Source: the human T2T-CHM13v2.0 reference genome, Homo sapiens. From it: a stretch of 64,000 bases of DNA. The translations under genes were made by a program, and so were the position numbers. The DNA lies in the NCBI RefSeq assembly GCF_009914755.1, contig NC_060932.1. One strand, 5' to 3'. Below the pieces are notes generated by a model. It had not been told where the DNA came from. It saw only the letters and a program-made list of their open reading frames with translations, and searched no databases. This document shows positions 1 through 33,668 of this stretch, piece by piece. Positions within the stretch are counted from its first letter, which is position 1, and each line of letters begins with the position of its first letter.

Positions 1-69
1 TTCCCATCTGTGAAATGGTACCACAGACCGTCCCTCTCTGAGTCCCTCCTGGCCCCCACCCTCCCGCAG

Positions 70-5129
<5,060 letters not shown>

Positions 5130-5470
5130 TCCTGGGTCGCGGCCCTGCCCATGGGGTCTCAGGCCAGGTCTCTGCTGGCAGAGGCGGTAGTAAAGTCCCT
5201 GTACCCCGTCTCCCAGGGCACAAGCTCCCTAGCCTCTTTGGATCCATTGCCCCTGAGCTCCCAGAGTCACCCCTCCACCTCCGCAGCCAGTGAAGTGTGT
5301 TGTGCCTGCTGAAGTGATCACCCCCCGCCCCCAGCCCTGCATCAGGCCACAGGTCTTGGCTTTCTCCTTATCACCATTTGCTGTTATCACGGCACACAGC
5401 AGGGAATCCCAGGCCCCCCCGCCAAGTGGTTACCCAAGTCACCACTCCTGACCCAAAAATCAGGCATGGC

Positions 5471-5476
5471 ATTAAA
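5471..5476 (+). terminator. Poly(A) signal ATTAAA for KIFC2 (proximal); a distal AATAAA lies at 5836-5841
   Basis: Hexamers ~340 and ~710 nt downstream of the KIFC2 stop codon. Confidence 0.6.
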
Positions 5477-5977
5477 ACGTTGCAAATTCCTTTACTGTTA
5501 TCCCCCCCACCACCAGGACCATGTAGGGTGCAGTCTTTACTCCCTAACCCGTTTCCCGAAAAAGGTGCTACCTCCTTTCCAGACAGATGAGAGAGGGCAG
5601 GACTTCAGGCTGGATCCACCACTGGGCTCTCCCTCCCCCAGCCTGGAGCACGGGAGGGGAGGTGACGGCTGGTGACTGATGGATGGGTAGTGGGCTGAGA
5701 AGAGGGGACTAGGAAGGGCTATTCCAGGCTCAGCCCTGCTCCTGCAGCTTTGCCGCTGAGTGTAGGAAAAACAGGCATGACAGACCAGGGTGAGGGTTGT
5801 GCCCAGCTGGGCCACGGCCATGCGTGGGGTGGCCCAATAAACACCGTGGACTCCCAGCAAGGCTGCTGCCTGGTGTTTCGAGGCTGCTGTGGTCGCAGAC
5901 AGCCGCCTCGCCTTGGCTCCCTGTCAACAAGGTGGGGGTGGGAGCGGGAGGGAGGAGCGGCCCCTGTCTTAAGAGCC

Positions 5978-7709
<1,732 letters not shown>

Positions 7710-8722
7710 TTAATCTGGAAGGGAGGGGCAGAGAGCATTCTAGTGGGGGCTTCTCCTGAGGCCTCAGTCTCCACCCCTGAGTTGCCTTTGGGTGGCCAGG
7801 CCCGGCTTCAAAGGGGCTGCGATGACCCATGGCTACTTTATCCCGTCTTCCCTGGTCAGGTTTCAGGACCCCATTTAACAAATGGGGGAGTATTTAGCCC
7901 ATGCCAAGCTCCCAAGGCGTGGGGCGCTCCTGGAGTTCAAGATCTAGCAGCTGCTAGTAGGCCCTGAACTATGGGGGCTGGATATCCACCCAGGACATGA
8001 TCAGGTGGAGCTTCCTGGAGGAGAAGGCCATGAAGCCCGCACCCTAGGAACAAGAGGGGGACACATTGACTCAACTGATTTCCTGGGAGTTGCTTCAGGA
8101 GCCCAGGTGGACCGCTCACCTCCTCCTCCCTAGCCATCTCTGCTCCTCCACCCAAGCAAGGCTGGTATTGTGTATCCTGCCCCAAAGCCCAGGTTCTCCT
8201 CCCTCACAAGGGGCAAGTTTGCCCAAGAGGATAGCAGCTCTGGGAATTAGCAGCGGTGGTTGGTGCTGGCACCAGGCCAAGGGCCCCCAGACACACGGGG
8301 GCCCAGGGATATGCTTTTGCCCTTCACTCTGAGAATTCAGCTTTTCTTGTGCAGCCTCCACCACGATAACCTCAAAGGGCTGAAAATCTGCAGCATACGG
8401 TGGGGTCCAGCACACCCTGAGGTGTGGAGGGGAGGGACAGGCAGCAAGTGTCCAGGAGGAGGAGGCCTGGGCCGCAAGGGGCCTTGTATGTGGGGTACCA
8501 CACTGCTCCTGCCCCCCACACCCCCGGTCGGGTGGTGCCCCTTTTCCTTCTATCTCTGACTCTCCCCTCAGACGCCACGTGGTTTCCCTCAGGACTCCTG
8601 CCACCACCTCTCTGCTGTGTTCCCTAGGTTATGGCTGCACAATCCTGTGCCTCATGAGGCTAATACTTGTGGCCACTTCACCCCATTCGGTCAGCAAGGC
8701 GTCGTTCTTTCCTACAAGTGTT

Positions 8723-9318
<596 letters not shown>

Positions 9319-9329
9319 CTCCCGTAAGT

Positions 9330-10290
9330 TTTAAGGCACCCCCCTCTCCACTGGCGCTTCCTTGGTGGGGCGCTGGAGGCTCCCCAAGTTCTGACCGCTC
9401 TTCTCCGACCGCACTGTCCTGGGCCCGAAACCACCCCCAAAGCTGCCACCCATTCCGCTGGCGCCCGTCCCGTTGCCCGCGATGACTCGGTTTTGTCCAG
9501 CATAAATCAATGACCACCGTCCCGGGAGCCTTGGAGCACTTTGAGCCATTCCCGTCCCACCCACGCCCCAAGGAGGTCCCAGCCGCGGAGGACTCGCCCG
9601 GCCGCCCGCAGCTGTCCGCGTTGGCCCCCACCCCCGACCGTCCCTCCCCAGGCCCCGCCCCCGACATTTCCTCCTCCCAGGCTCCGCCCCCGGCTCCCAC
9701 GGGGCACCGCGGCTTCCGGCTATGGGTACCGCGGGCCGGAAGTGTAGCGTTGCCATGGCGAGGGCCGGGCGCGGGGCCCGCCCCCGCAGCGCCTCAGGGA
9801 GCGCGGGGCCCACTGACCCGCGGAAGCCAGCGGACCCACTTGTGCGGCGGTCGGCGCGGGGCGCGAGGTGAGGCGCGGACTCCCGGGTCCTGCGGCGGGA
9901 GCGGAGCGAGGGAGAGGGGCCCCGGCCAGGGACAGCAGTGGCGGGCCCGGGAAGGAGGGGCACTGGGTCGACACCGAGAGAGGAGGCCGGGCCGGGGAAG
10001 GATGAGGCAGAGGAGAGGGAGGAGGCCGGGAAGGGCGGGAGGAGGAGGAGACCGAAGGGAGAGAGGAGGCTGGCGACGGAGGAGGCCGGGGAGGGGCCCT
10101 CGGGAGACGCGGCTGCCGGCACGCGGGCGCCCAGGGCACAGGTCCCGCCGGGCCGCCTTGGGCGTTGCTGGCTGAGGCCCAGGGCAGCAGGTGCCAACGG
10201 TCAGGAAAGGCAGGGAGCCGAAGGCTGCCGGTGGGCGCTTCGCGTTTTGTTCCAAGGCGAAGGTGTGTGGATTCTCCGCAGCCCGTCGGT
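9330..10290 (+). promoter_or_regulatory. CpG-island promoter and non-coding first exon of PPP1R16A
   Basis: High CpG density; GC box GGCCCCGCCCCC ~9650; ETS/GABP CCGGAAGTG 9737-9745; splice donor GAG|GTGAGG at 9867/9868. Assignment to PPP1R16A is inference from position. Confidence 0.8.
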
Positions 10291-10315
10291 CAGGTAGACA
10301 GCTCCGGAATTGTCT

Positions 10316-10450
10316 TCATTTTCAGATGAGGAAATCGAGGCCGCAGAGAAGGGACTTACCCAAACTTAAGCTTTGTGTGGGCCTTGGAGCTAGGCTGAAG
10401 GAGAAAGTGGAGTCTCACTGGGGCAAGTTCCTTCAACTTTCAGGGATTCA
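10316..10450. mobile_element. MIR fragment
   Basis: CATTTTCAGATGAGGAAATCGAGGCCGCAGAGAAGGGACTTACCCAA matches the MIR core. Similar MIR-like fragments at ~2600-2690, ~39590-39710 and ~50880-50960. Confidence 0.65.
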
Positions 10451-11679
10451 AATGACCTCACTTGTAGTGCGGGGCGTCCGGACCACCCCTCAGGAATTGG
10501 GATCAGGGCAAGAATTACTAACTAAGCAAGCACCCCGCCTGGGAGGGAGCGTCCAGGACTGGTGTGGGCCCCTGTCTGTACCAGAGCGGAGGCCCGGGGC
10601 ACGGTGGGATTAATTTCCATGGGTGCAGAGAGGGGAGCCGTGTACGGAGTCATTCTAGGCTTAGGGGAGACAGAGCAAAGTTAGCCTTCCCCAAACCTCT
10701 GTGCCTTCCTTTTCTTCCTGGATTCCTACCTGGGGGTGGAGGTGGAGGCGGGGGTACCGCTGCCTTTCTCAAAGTGTGTCTAGTCCAGCAGTGAGCCCTC
10801 CTGGGCGTCTTGGCGCCCCAGTTGCTTCCTGGACGTATTGGGGTTTCTCTGGGAGAAGGGTCTTGCCTGCAGTACCCTGGGCCTCCTGAAGAGGCCTCTG
10901 GTTGCGCTGCCTGATTCAGGGACCCAGAGCCACGACTCGCCGAGAGGAGCTCCGGCGGCGTGCGGCTGGGTTGCCTGAGGGGCTGGGGGCTGCCTGGTGG
11001 ACTTGCACACATGCTGGCTCCATACCTGTCACTGTGGTGGACGCTCAGAGCTCTACAGGGCCAGCTGCCTGCCCCTGCCCCAAGTCCCCCGGGCTGGGGT
11101 TGGGATGGGGGTGGCTTTAGGGGGTCCTTCCCCCTCCTGGTGCTCGAGCTGGATTTCCTCCCTGTTGGCTGGGGCCATCCCTCGTGTCTCTGATTGGCCT
11201 GTCCTGGCCTCATCCCTCACCTGCTTGGGATGCACTTGGACTCCGCTTTGCCCCGAGGGTTGCCTGGGCTGGCACCTAGCAAGGGGGCTCCTCCTGTATG
11301 ACTGTACTTTGGGGTCTGTGTTCTAGGGATTCTTGAACCTCTGGTCTGAATGAACAGCCGATTGATACAGCTCTCCACTGCATGCAGCTTAGGAACCTCA
11401 GTCTCAGGTGACCCCACAGACTACCAGCACCCCCAGCTCCACCCTTGCTCTTCCCCGAGCGTGTCCTAACCCTAGCACTTGTGCCACATCTATCCATTGG
11501 CCAAAATGAGAACTGGGTGGCAGTTCCAGGCCCTTCTTTCATGCCGAGGCTCTCCTGGCACTGGTGCACACACACCTAAAGGGAGGCCTTTTCATCAGAC
11601 TTGCTCAGCCAGGAGCTCAGAGCCTTCCATGTCACATCCTGTGCTGGGACCCCTGTGCCAGAGGCTCAGCAGCTGTTCA

Positions 11680-15636
<3,957 letters not shown>

Positions 15637-16756
15637 CTTCCCTGTTTTCTTTTTCCTTGGCCACCTTCCCCTGCTCATCTCTCTGCTCTGACAGCTCCTA
15701 CCATCTTTCCTTCCAACTTCTAGGAATGTGCTGGCTGACTGTGAGCTCTCTTTCTTGGAAATGCCTTTCCAGCTCCTGTCCCAGGCTCACAGGCATCTCA
15801 GTGGCTTACTGTGTCACCTGCGCCCTAGGTTGGTTGTCTAGACCCCACACCTCTGTTGTCCTAAGGCTGGGGACCCTCACGGTCCCAGTGCTGCCTCCTT
15901 CCACACTCCCAGGCCCTGTGCCACTGGCACGTCTGTCCGCAGGTCCCCTTCCCACAGCCCCACCTAGACCGAAAGGTCTGTGTCTCTGTGAGGAAGTGAA
16001 TACCGAGTCAGAGCAAATCCTGGGTTACAGCGCCGACCCCTCTGAAGCTCACTTTTGTGATTTTGGTTTCCTCACCATTGTACTTGACAGACCTTAGTTG
16101 CCACATCTACTCCGTGGGGGTTATGGCCCATTAGAGCTATGAGGCTGAATGAGGCAGTTCATAGGGAAGGCTGCTTGTGGCCCTGGCTTCTAGAAAGGTG
16201 TGATTTGCAGGGGCTGCTAGGAGCCCTCCCTGCCCTCTCTTCCCTTTCTTTTGGTCTAGGGCTGGCTTTTATCTTCAGTTCTCGTTGAGTCTCTTTTCAA
16301 ATGCAGATGCCTCAGGCTGCCAGCTTCTTTCATTTAGGCATCTGGGCCTTTGACACCTTGCTGTGAGTTAGTTTATTCGATTTATTTTGAAGCCAGGTGG
16401 CAAGGGGAAAGGAAATTGAAGAGGGAGATGCAACGCTTCCCCTGGTTTCTGGGGAGAGGCTTCCCCAATTCTCCAGCCCCTGACAGACATTGCGTGAGAG
16501 CTCATGGTTAGCGGGCCAGTCCCTGGTGTGGTCCACGCGTATCTCCTGTCCCGGGCTGGAAGCATGATGTGTGCAAATGTCCAAATCACGGGGTCTTCCC
16601 TCCCTCACAGGGCTTTAGCCAGGCAGCTGTTACTGAGGTAAATAATGATTTGTGTTTGTAGATAAAAAATAGTGGAATAGTTTCAATTTCATATGGTTCT
16701 GCTGCTGGGTGTTATGCAGGGGGAATCTGAGGAGCACTGAGATCACTGGGAAAGAG

Positions 16757-19840
<3,084 letters not shown>

Positions 19841-19881
19841 AGTTCTAAGTAGGAGTGGACATCCTCCCCTGACAGCCTCTG

Positions 19882-20094
19882 TCTTTCCAGGGAATTTGCT
19901 TTGGGAGGGCAGGAGAGAAAAGGCAAGGGAAGCTCTTTCCAGGGGATATGCTTTGGGAGGGCAGGAGAGAAAAGGCAAGGGAAGCTCTTTCCAGGGGATA
20001 TGCTTTGGGAGGGCAGGAGAGAAAAGGCAAGGGAAGCTCTTTCCAGGGAATTTGCTTTGTCTGGGAGGGCAGGAGAGAAAAGGCAAGGGAAGCA
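19882..20094. repeat. 52-bp tandem repeat, 4 copies
   Basis: Unit TCTTTCCAGGG(G/A)AT(A/T)TGCTTTGGGAGGGCAGGAGAGAAAAGGCAAGGGAAGC starts at 19882, 19934, 19986, 20038. Confidence 0.93.
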
Positions 20095-20672
20095 GATTTC
20101 TGCAAGCGTCAGAGCCCTTGAGGGAGTGGCTCTGCTATGTTCAGAGTCACTGGGGCTGTGGGAGCAGGAGGGCATGGGGCAAGGTGAGGGCATGGCAGCG
20201 AGGGAGGCACTGGAGTGTTGGAGTCAGGGCTTGTAGTAGCGAGCCAGGCAGAGAGGAGGCGATGGGCAGAGAGTGGGATGTTGAATGGAGGTGACAGGCA
20301 TGGGCTGCAGTTACTGGTGGTGATGGAGCACAGCTGGCCAGAAGATAAGGACACTGGTGTAGAGAAGAGGTCAAGGCTCAGAGGGGATAGGCAGTCCACA
20401 AAGGTTTGTCCACAAGAACATTAGACCACCAGGAATTTGGGCAACGATGGGCGGGGGTGAAGCCACAGTGAGGGCTGGTGCTGGGTGGTTGGTGCCTGAT
20501 GATGTGTGCTCCAGCTGGGATGCTCAGGGAGAGGATGGGAGGGGGACTCCAGGCCTCAGCCAGGAGCACAGGGGTTGGGGAAAGAGGGCCCTCAGTAGGG
20601 AGGACATGGTGTCGCTGGGGACAGAGCCCCAGGGGAGGGTTTCAGGATGGAGGGTGGAGAGAGCCTGGATCA

Positions 20673-20858
<186 letters not shown>

Positions 20859-20950
20859 TCAGGAGGCTGAGGCAGGAGAATCATTTGAACCCAGGAGCTG
20901 GAGGTTGCAGTATTTCATGCCTACGCAGGTGCTTTGGGATGAACTTCTTA

Positions 20951-21184
20951 GGGTTGGACTGGGAGGGGGGTTGGTCTGGGAGGGGGGTTGGCCTGGGAGG
21001 GGGGTTGGCCTGGGAGGGGGGTTGGACTGGGAGGGGGGTTGGACTGGGAGGGGGGTTGGTCTGAGGGGGGTTGGACTGGGAAGGGGGTTGGTCTGGGAGG
21101 GGGGTTGGACTGGGAGAGGGGTTGGTCTGAGGGGGGTTGGTCTGAGGGGGGTTGGACTGGGAGGGGGGTTTGTCTGGGAGGGGG
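20951..21184. repeat. G-rich ~17-bp minisatellite, ~14 copies
   Basis: Repeating GGGAGGGGGGTTGG(A/T/C)CT. Confidence 0.92.
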
Positions 21185-21797
21185 TGAGCTGCACACTGGG
21201 CCCTGGAGGACACTCAGACCCTCCCTCCTGACCCCATCACCACTCACTCGTCCAGCCACCACTTCCCCTAAACTGCTGCTTCCTTGGAGCAGTCTGCAGG
21301 CCCCGGGGATGCCCTGTGTGTAGGAAACTTAATGCTGGGGCCTCCCTCCCAGAGCTTCATGTGGCTGCAGAGGCCCCTCCAGAGCCTCCTCTTCTGCCCT
21401 GTACACCCCGATGCCTTCTGTGCTGACCTCAGTAGACGTGGTGTGACGTGCTGATGTGCATCCTGCAACTCAGCTCCAGTCCCCAGATGTAGGCTGCTTA
21501 AGTGCAGGGCCTCCTCCCACTGTCCCTCCCCAGGGCGCAGCCAGACAAGTGCAAATGGAGCCTCTCCAGCAGCCACCAACCTGCTTTATGGCTGGTGCTG
21601 TCCTTGTCACATTTCAGGAGGTCTCTAGACATTTGGCTTCTTTTCAGAGTGGACCCTGTGAGCCGCGGGCCATGGGCCATAGGGAGCCTTGGCCTGAGCT
21701 TGTCCCCTCCTTGGCCGCACTGAGCTGTGCCTGCCTTGCCAGCATCTGCCTGGCTCCCTCGGTCCTTCACAAAGACTGATGAAGGCCCCTTTTCCAG

Positions 21798-21976
21798 GTA
21801 CTGGCACACGGATGAGGAGTCGTAGAAGAGGGGCCTGCAGATTGTGCTCTCAGCAAGCCTGTCGTCTAGTGGAAGACACTGGCCGGGACACAGAGCCCAC
21901 GTGTGGACACCGCTGTGGGTTGGTGGCAGGGGTCGAGCAGGTGCCATCAGGCACATGAACGGTGGAGTCTTCAAAG
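21798..21976 (+). other. Candidate non-coding 5'UTR exon of PPP1R16A
   Basis: Acceptor CCCCTTTTCCAG| at 21797 and donor AAG|GTGAGC at 21976/21977 bound 179 nt of unique sequence between Alus. The next plausible acceptor is CCCCACTTCTCAG| at 28225. Confidence 0.55.
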
Positions 21977-22172
21977 GTGAGCTGCTGGGGCCGGGCGCGA
22001 TGGCTCACGCCTGTAATCCCAGCACTGTGGGAGGCCAAGGCAGGCAAATCACCTGAGGTCAGGAGTTCCGGACCAGCCTGGCCAACATGGCGAAACCCCG
22101 TATCTACTAAAGATACAAAAATTAGCCTGTGTGGTGGTGGGCGTCTGTAATCCCAGCTACTTGGGAGACTTA

Positions 22173-22496
<324 letters not shown>

Positions 22497-22680
22497 CTAA
22501 CCCCCAGACAGCCTCTCTGCCCATGCAAATAAGTCTGGCCAGGCATGGTGATGCATGCCTGTGATCACAACACTTTGGGAGGCTGAGGCAGGAGGGTCGC
22601 GTCAGCCCAGGAGTTTGAGACCAGTCTGGGCAACATAGGGAGACCCCAACTCCACACACAAAAAAGACAATAACAAATTA

Positions 22681-22875
<195 letters not shown>

Positions 22876-23339
22876 TTAGCCAGGCTCTGGCAGCCTCTGC
22901 ACCCACGGGCAAGATACCATAGCCATTCTCCCATGGACATTGAGACCCACCTCATCTTGTTAACAGACGTATATGTATAGATGTTATTCTACAGAATGGC
23001 TACACAGATATTTTTCCCAGAATGATGGGCATCTAGGTATTTTCCCATTTTTTGCTCCGTATCTCATAGATATTGCTACAAATAAAATCAAATCTGGTCG
23101 GGTGTGGTGGCTCATACCTATAATCCCAGCATTTTGGGAGGCCAAGGCATAAGGATTGCTTAAGACCAGGAATTCCAGACACCAGCCTGGGCAACATAGG
23201 GAAACACTGTCTCTACAAAACAAATTTAAAAATTAGCTGGGTGTAGGCCGGGCATGCTGGCTCACACCTGTAATCCCAGCACTTTGGGAGGCTGACATGA
23301 GCGGATCACGAGGTCAGGAGATCGAGACTATCCTGGCTA

Positions 23340-23546
<207 letters not shown>

Positions 23547-24074
23547 TTAGCCGGGTGTGGTGGTGCCCACCTATGGTCCCAGCTACGTGGGAGGCCAAGG
23601 TGGGAGGACTGCTTGACCTTGGGAGGTCGAGGCTACAGCGAGCCGTGATTGCACCACTGCACCCCAGCCTGGGCAATAGAGTGAGACCCTGTCTCTTAAA
23701 AAACATAATAAAAAATCAACAACAAAACAACCAAGTCTTTTAGTTATAAGTTACAGGAACCAACTCCACCAAGCCTAAGCATAACTGGGCTATTAAAGCC
23801 CCCAGAGCCAGCTGGAGGGCAGGCAATGTGGGGGCGCTGGGCTGGCCCCCAGAACCAGCCGGAGGGCAGGTGGTGTGGGGGCACTGGGCCAGCCCGTCAC
23901 TGCCGGGGCTCCCGTGCTGACCGCCCAGATGCCACCCGCTGCACTGTGGCACTCGGGCTTTCACCCTGCGATGTGCGGCCAGAGGGCAGGCAGGCTCACT
24001 TCCCTCTGGCTCCCCAGCACTGTGAGTCCCTCTAGCTGACCTGCTCTGGGGGTTTTAGTAGGGTGGCGTCCTAG

Positions 24075-24305
<231 letters not shown>

Positions 24306-27129
24306 TAGCAAGGATGGTCTCGATCTCCTGACCTCGTGATCTGCCCACCTCGGCCTCCCAAAGTGCTGGGATTACAGGCGTGAGCCACTGTGCCTAGGTG
24401 CACATTTTAAGTTTGGAGGTGCACCTTACTGAGGTGCACCGTACACACATCCCTGTGAAAGGGGAGCCTACAGCAGGTCCCCGGCCTTTCGCTCCGCCTG
24501 TAGAAGCAAGTTCCCATCCTCTTTCTGCACCCTCCTCACCATTTCTCTGAGACTCTTCCTTCCCCTGCCCCTTTCCTCTCTTTTCTTTCTTTGAATGGCA
24601 TGCGGCCTCTACCTGTCCCTTGTCCCTATCTCTGGGTGAATAGAGTGACACCGCCCCTCAGGCTGTGGGCTCTCGTCGCACCATGGACACTGGGAGATGG
24701 GTACTGTGGTAAAGTAGTGACCAGGGCAGCTCTGGGTTTAGGCTTGGCCTTGGTCTCCCCATGTGGAAGATGGGGTGATGGCAGGTGCCTGAGGCAGTGA
24801 TGGGAGTAGAGAGGGCACTGAGGCTCTCGGGCCTGGAGCTGTCCTCACGGGGGCTCCTGGGAGCTTGGGCTGGGCCTCCCTTCCTGAATCCACATGGCCC
24901 AGCGGTATGTAGGCAGTGAGGGGACGGTGGGTGGGGGTCGGGGACAGTGCCCAGTATCCTCCATGGGGCTCCTCCCGCCTGGGTCCCACACTCAGGCAGC
25001 TGGCCTGGGCTTTGAGGAGTGGAATGAACCCACCGGGTTATCTGTTTAGAACTGGAATGAACCGACCCGGGAATCTGTTTGACATTCCAAGGAGGTTTGG
25101 GGGAAGGTTTGTGGAGTAGAGGGAGCCGCCCTGCCCAGCCCCCTCAGCCTGGGTGTGTCCATTTGGTGGGACTACGAGCTGGCCACCAGGCTCTCATGGC
25201 TCAGCCAAGGGGCAAGTCTTCTCAGCTCTGGTGGGCTGTTCCTGGTCCATCTTGTGGCTGGGAGGAGTAGACAAAGCTTCCACTAGAAGTTCTGCTAGGG
25301 CAGCCAAGGTTCAGGTAGGAGGGAGGCAGTCTTTCCTTCTGGAGCCCTCAGCCCACTGCCGTGGGCCTTCGGCTGGCTGCTTCCTTCTGAGGGTGATTCC
25401 TGGGCAGGGAGGCCAGAGGGGGACGCTTAGGGCTCAGCCTGGGGGGAGGTGGGCACTGGGACACCCCCTGGCACCCACTCTTGGGGGGCCCTGGGCTCAC
25501 TTTGGGTACCTCGTTTTCTCTTAGAGGAGGCAGTTGGACCCTCGAGCAGGACAGGAACCTGCCCAGAGTCCCATGGAGACATTGGGCAGCTTCCAGCTAG
25601 GAAGGTGGGCCTGCTAGGGTGGGGCCAAGTGCCCTGTGAGCCGTGCTGGGTGGGGTGGGGGAGGTAGAGCCTCCCCGCCCGTGGGCCTCCCTCTGCAGCC
25701 AGGGGGACTGGGGGGGTTCCCACTGTCCAGCTGCTGTTCTCTGATGAATTTTCACGGATGTGCCTCGGAATGAGAAACAAGACAGGCGTTCCGTCGGGAG
25801 TGTGGCTGCCATGCTCAGGCTTTCTCTTCTGTAGGACATGGGCAACAGAACATCTTTTTTCCTTTTTAAAAATCTGTTTTAATTTCTCTTACATTAATTA
25901 TTTTTTAAATAATATAAATTGAGATGGGGTCTCGCTGTATTGCCCAGGCTGGTCTCGAACTCTTGGGCTCAAGCGACCAGCCTGCTTAGGCCTCCCAAAG
26001 TGCTGGGATTACAGGTATGAGCCACTGTGCCCCGCCGATCTTTTGTTCTGTAAGATGCTGGGGACAGTAGGTGGTGTCTGTTAAATCTTTTTTTTTGAGA
26101 CAGGATCGCCCTCTGTCTGCCAGGCTGGAGTGCAGGGTGTGATCTCAGCTCGCTGCAGCCTCTACCTCCCGGGCTCAAGGGATCCTCCCACCTCAGCCTC
26201 CCGAGGAGGTGGGACCACAGGCGCATGCCACCAGCTAATTTTAAAATTATTCTGTAGAGACAGGGTCTTACCCTGCTGCCCAGGCTGGCCTTGAACTCCT
26301 GGGTTCAAGTGATCTTACTACCTTGGCCTCCCAAAGTGCTGGCATGAGCCACTGTTCCCTGACGGTTAAATCTTAATCTTTCCTTCCCGTGGCTGGAGAG
26401 AGACTGGGGATGGGCAAGGGCAGCCTGCCTTGCTCTTGGCTTGTGATCTCTTTGGGTTGGGGTGGGGGTGAGTAGCTACTGCCCAGGTGGGTTCTCTGGC
26501 AGGTCCAGAGATGCTAATGACAGAAAGGTGAGGATCTCCTCTTGCCAGCCCTGTCAGGAAGAGGGTGTGGGCTGTGAGTGGCTGGCAGGGAGGGAGGGCT
26601 CTGGCATGCCAGGTGTGGTCTGCCTCCTCTGTCCTCATGGATGCGGACCTGGCAGCATGCCTGCAAGACTGGCTCTCCTGCCTCTCTGGTACCCATGCTG
26701 TGTCTCTAGAGGGCAAGGGGAGGACTTGGGAGCCTGGGCAGGGTGTCTGGCCAGTGTGTGCTTGCCCTGGCCTCTGCGGTCTACAGAGCTGGCCAGGCTT
26801 AGGAGCAGGCTGCTCGGAGGGAGAGTTACTGCCTGGAAAAGCTCTTTACTTGGCAGGCAGAAAGCCAGGTCAGGGCCACTGGCCTTATTGGCCGTGTCCT
26901 CAGGAAGCCTCTGAGGCTAGGCCTACAGGGGGGGACTATGTCTAGAGTAGGCTGAACCTGTAAAGTGGGGCTCCCAGATAAATTGGGGGCCCCTGAGCAG
27001 GAAGGACCTGACTGGCTTAATTTGACCTGGCCCAGGACAGTTCCCTTTCTGAAAGAAGGGGGCATTCTATGAAACACCTGGGTAGAAGTCCAGCAGTGAA
27101 GAGTTGGGTCAGTGTGTAGATGGCCATGA

Positions 27130-27381
<252 letters not shown>

Positions 27382-28875
27382 TAGCAGAGATGGGGTTTCA
27401 CCCTGTTAGCTAGGATGGTCTCGATCTCCTGACCTCGTGATCCACCCGCCTTGGCCTCCCAAAGTGCTGGGATTACAGGCCTGAGCCACCGCGCCTGGCC
27501 AAGCACAGAGTGCCTTCTGAGGTGAGGCCTGTGGCCAGCCCAGCAACCACACTTAGTGTGTCGGGCAGGACTAGGGCCATAGCAGGTACATAGGCAGGGT
27601 TGTGCCCCAGCCGAAGCTGTCTGCCTGCCTGTCTGTCCCCATAGGCCTCAAGCCAGGCACCAGGTGGGGGCTTTTATTGCAGCCTAGGATGGCAGAGGCA
27701 TTGTGGGAGCCCATCAAGGAAGAGGTCTAGAGACTGGGCAGTGAGAGGCTGGGGTATCAGTCAGGACAGGAGGAGGCGGGGCCTACCCTTGGAAGGCAGG
27801 AGAGGTGGAGGCCCAGGAGGCGGGGCCTGCCCTTGGAAGGCAGTAGCCTGCAAAGCCCTCAAGGCTGTTCCACGAGACCTCACCCTGCCCAGCCTTAGGG
27901 CAGCGCCTGGCCCTGGAGGAGCAGCCTAGCAGGGAACGCCTCGCTGGGGTGGGCGGCCCTTTCTGGAAAGGGTGGGTGGGAGGAGCCTGACATGCCTTTC
28001 CCCCGCCCCTCTCTGAACCTGGGGCAGAATGGGGGCAGAGTAGCTCCCCGTACCCCCAGGACTGTTGACCTGCAGTGCTCTCTGTGGACAAAGGGTGGGC
28101 CTCACACAGGGCAGGACCTGAGACAGCTGGAAGCCTGGTCTCACCTGAGGCCCAGGGCAGGGGCTCCCCCGGGCCACCCTGCCTCAAGCCGGCCTTGATA
28201 TGCTTCCTTGTTCCCCACTTCTCAGGTGTGAGCAGCTGCTGGAAGAGGAGGTGCTCCTGAAGACACTGCGGCCGGCCCGCCTGTGCCCTTGGTGCCCTGG
28301 CTGCCTAGAGAGCCTCACCCCTGGGCCCTGGGGCCAGGACTCCAGGACTCTGACTACCTGCCCTCCCCCAGCCTCAGCGGCTGCACCTCCTCGTTAGTAC
28401 TGATGCACTGACCTCGGCACACAGCTGGGAGGGGTTGGGGGCTGGGTCATGGCTGCTCCCAGGCCCCACCCAGGCTCCTGAGCCTAGAAGGTGAAAAGAG
28501 GACTCTCAGGGGCTCACAGGGGCTCTCACTGCTGGTTGGCCCTGCCCTCCCTTCCCCCTCAGCAGGGTGCCCGGAAGCTGGAACCTTGTTATCTGGGTAA
28601 TTAGTTTCAGACCCTGCACTGAGGCCGGCCAGGTCTCGGGGCTGCCTCCCATAGGTTGTGCACCCTGACCCCGAGAGGGAGGCGAGGCGCTGCTTGTCGA
28701 CAGCTAGAGGCTGGCCTGGGGAGCAGGTTTGGGGTGCCCTCCCACACTGCCCTCCCTGCCCCGGCCCATGCCCCCCAGGGCTGCCTGGGCCTGGTTATTG
28801 TGTGGGGCCTCCTGACCCAGCCAAGGGCACGAAGCTCTGGGAAGGGGATGCCCCCGAGGGTGCCAGTCCAGCTAG

Positions 28876-33668
<4,793 letters not shown>

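Noticed and set aside
9331-10297. Long Pro/Arg/Gly-rich ORFs in CpG islands (also 40194-41211, 49117-50793, 58804-61478)
   Set aside because: Stop codons are rare at this GC content. There are no recognisable domains, and many ORFs start at non-ATG codons.
24395-24441. Three AGGTGCAC motifs close together
   Set aside because: Short and adjacent to an Alu end, with no further structure to support a function.
27771-27843. 29-bp direct repeat with GC boxes upstream of the PPP1R16A coding exon
   Set aside because: It could belong to an alternative promoter, but the sequence alone gives too little support.
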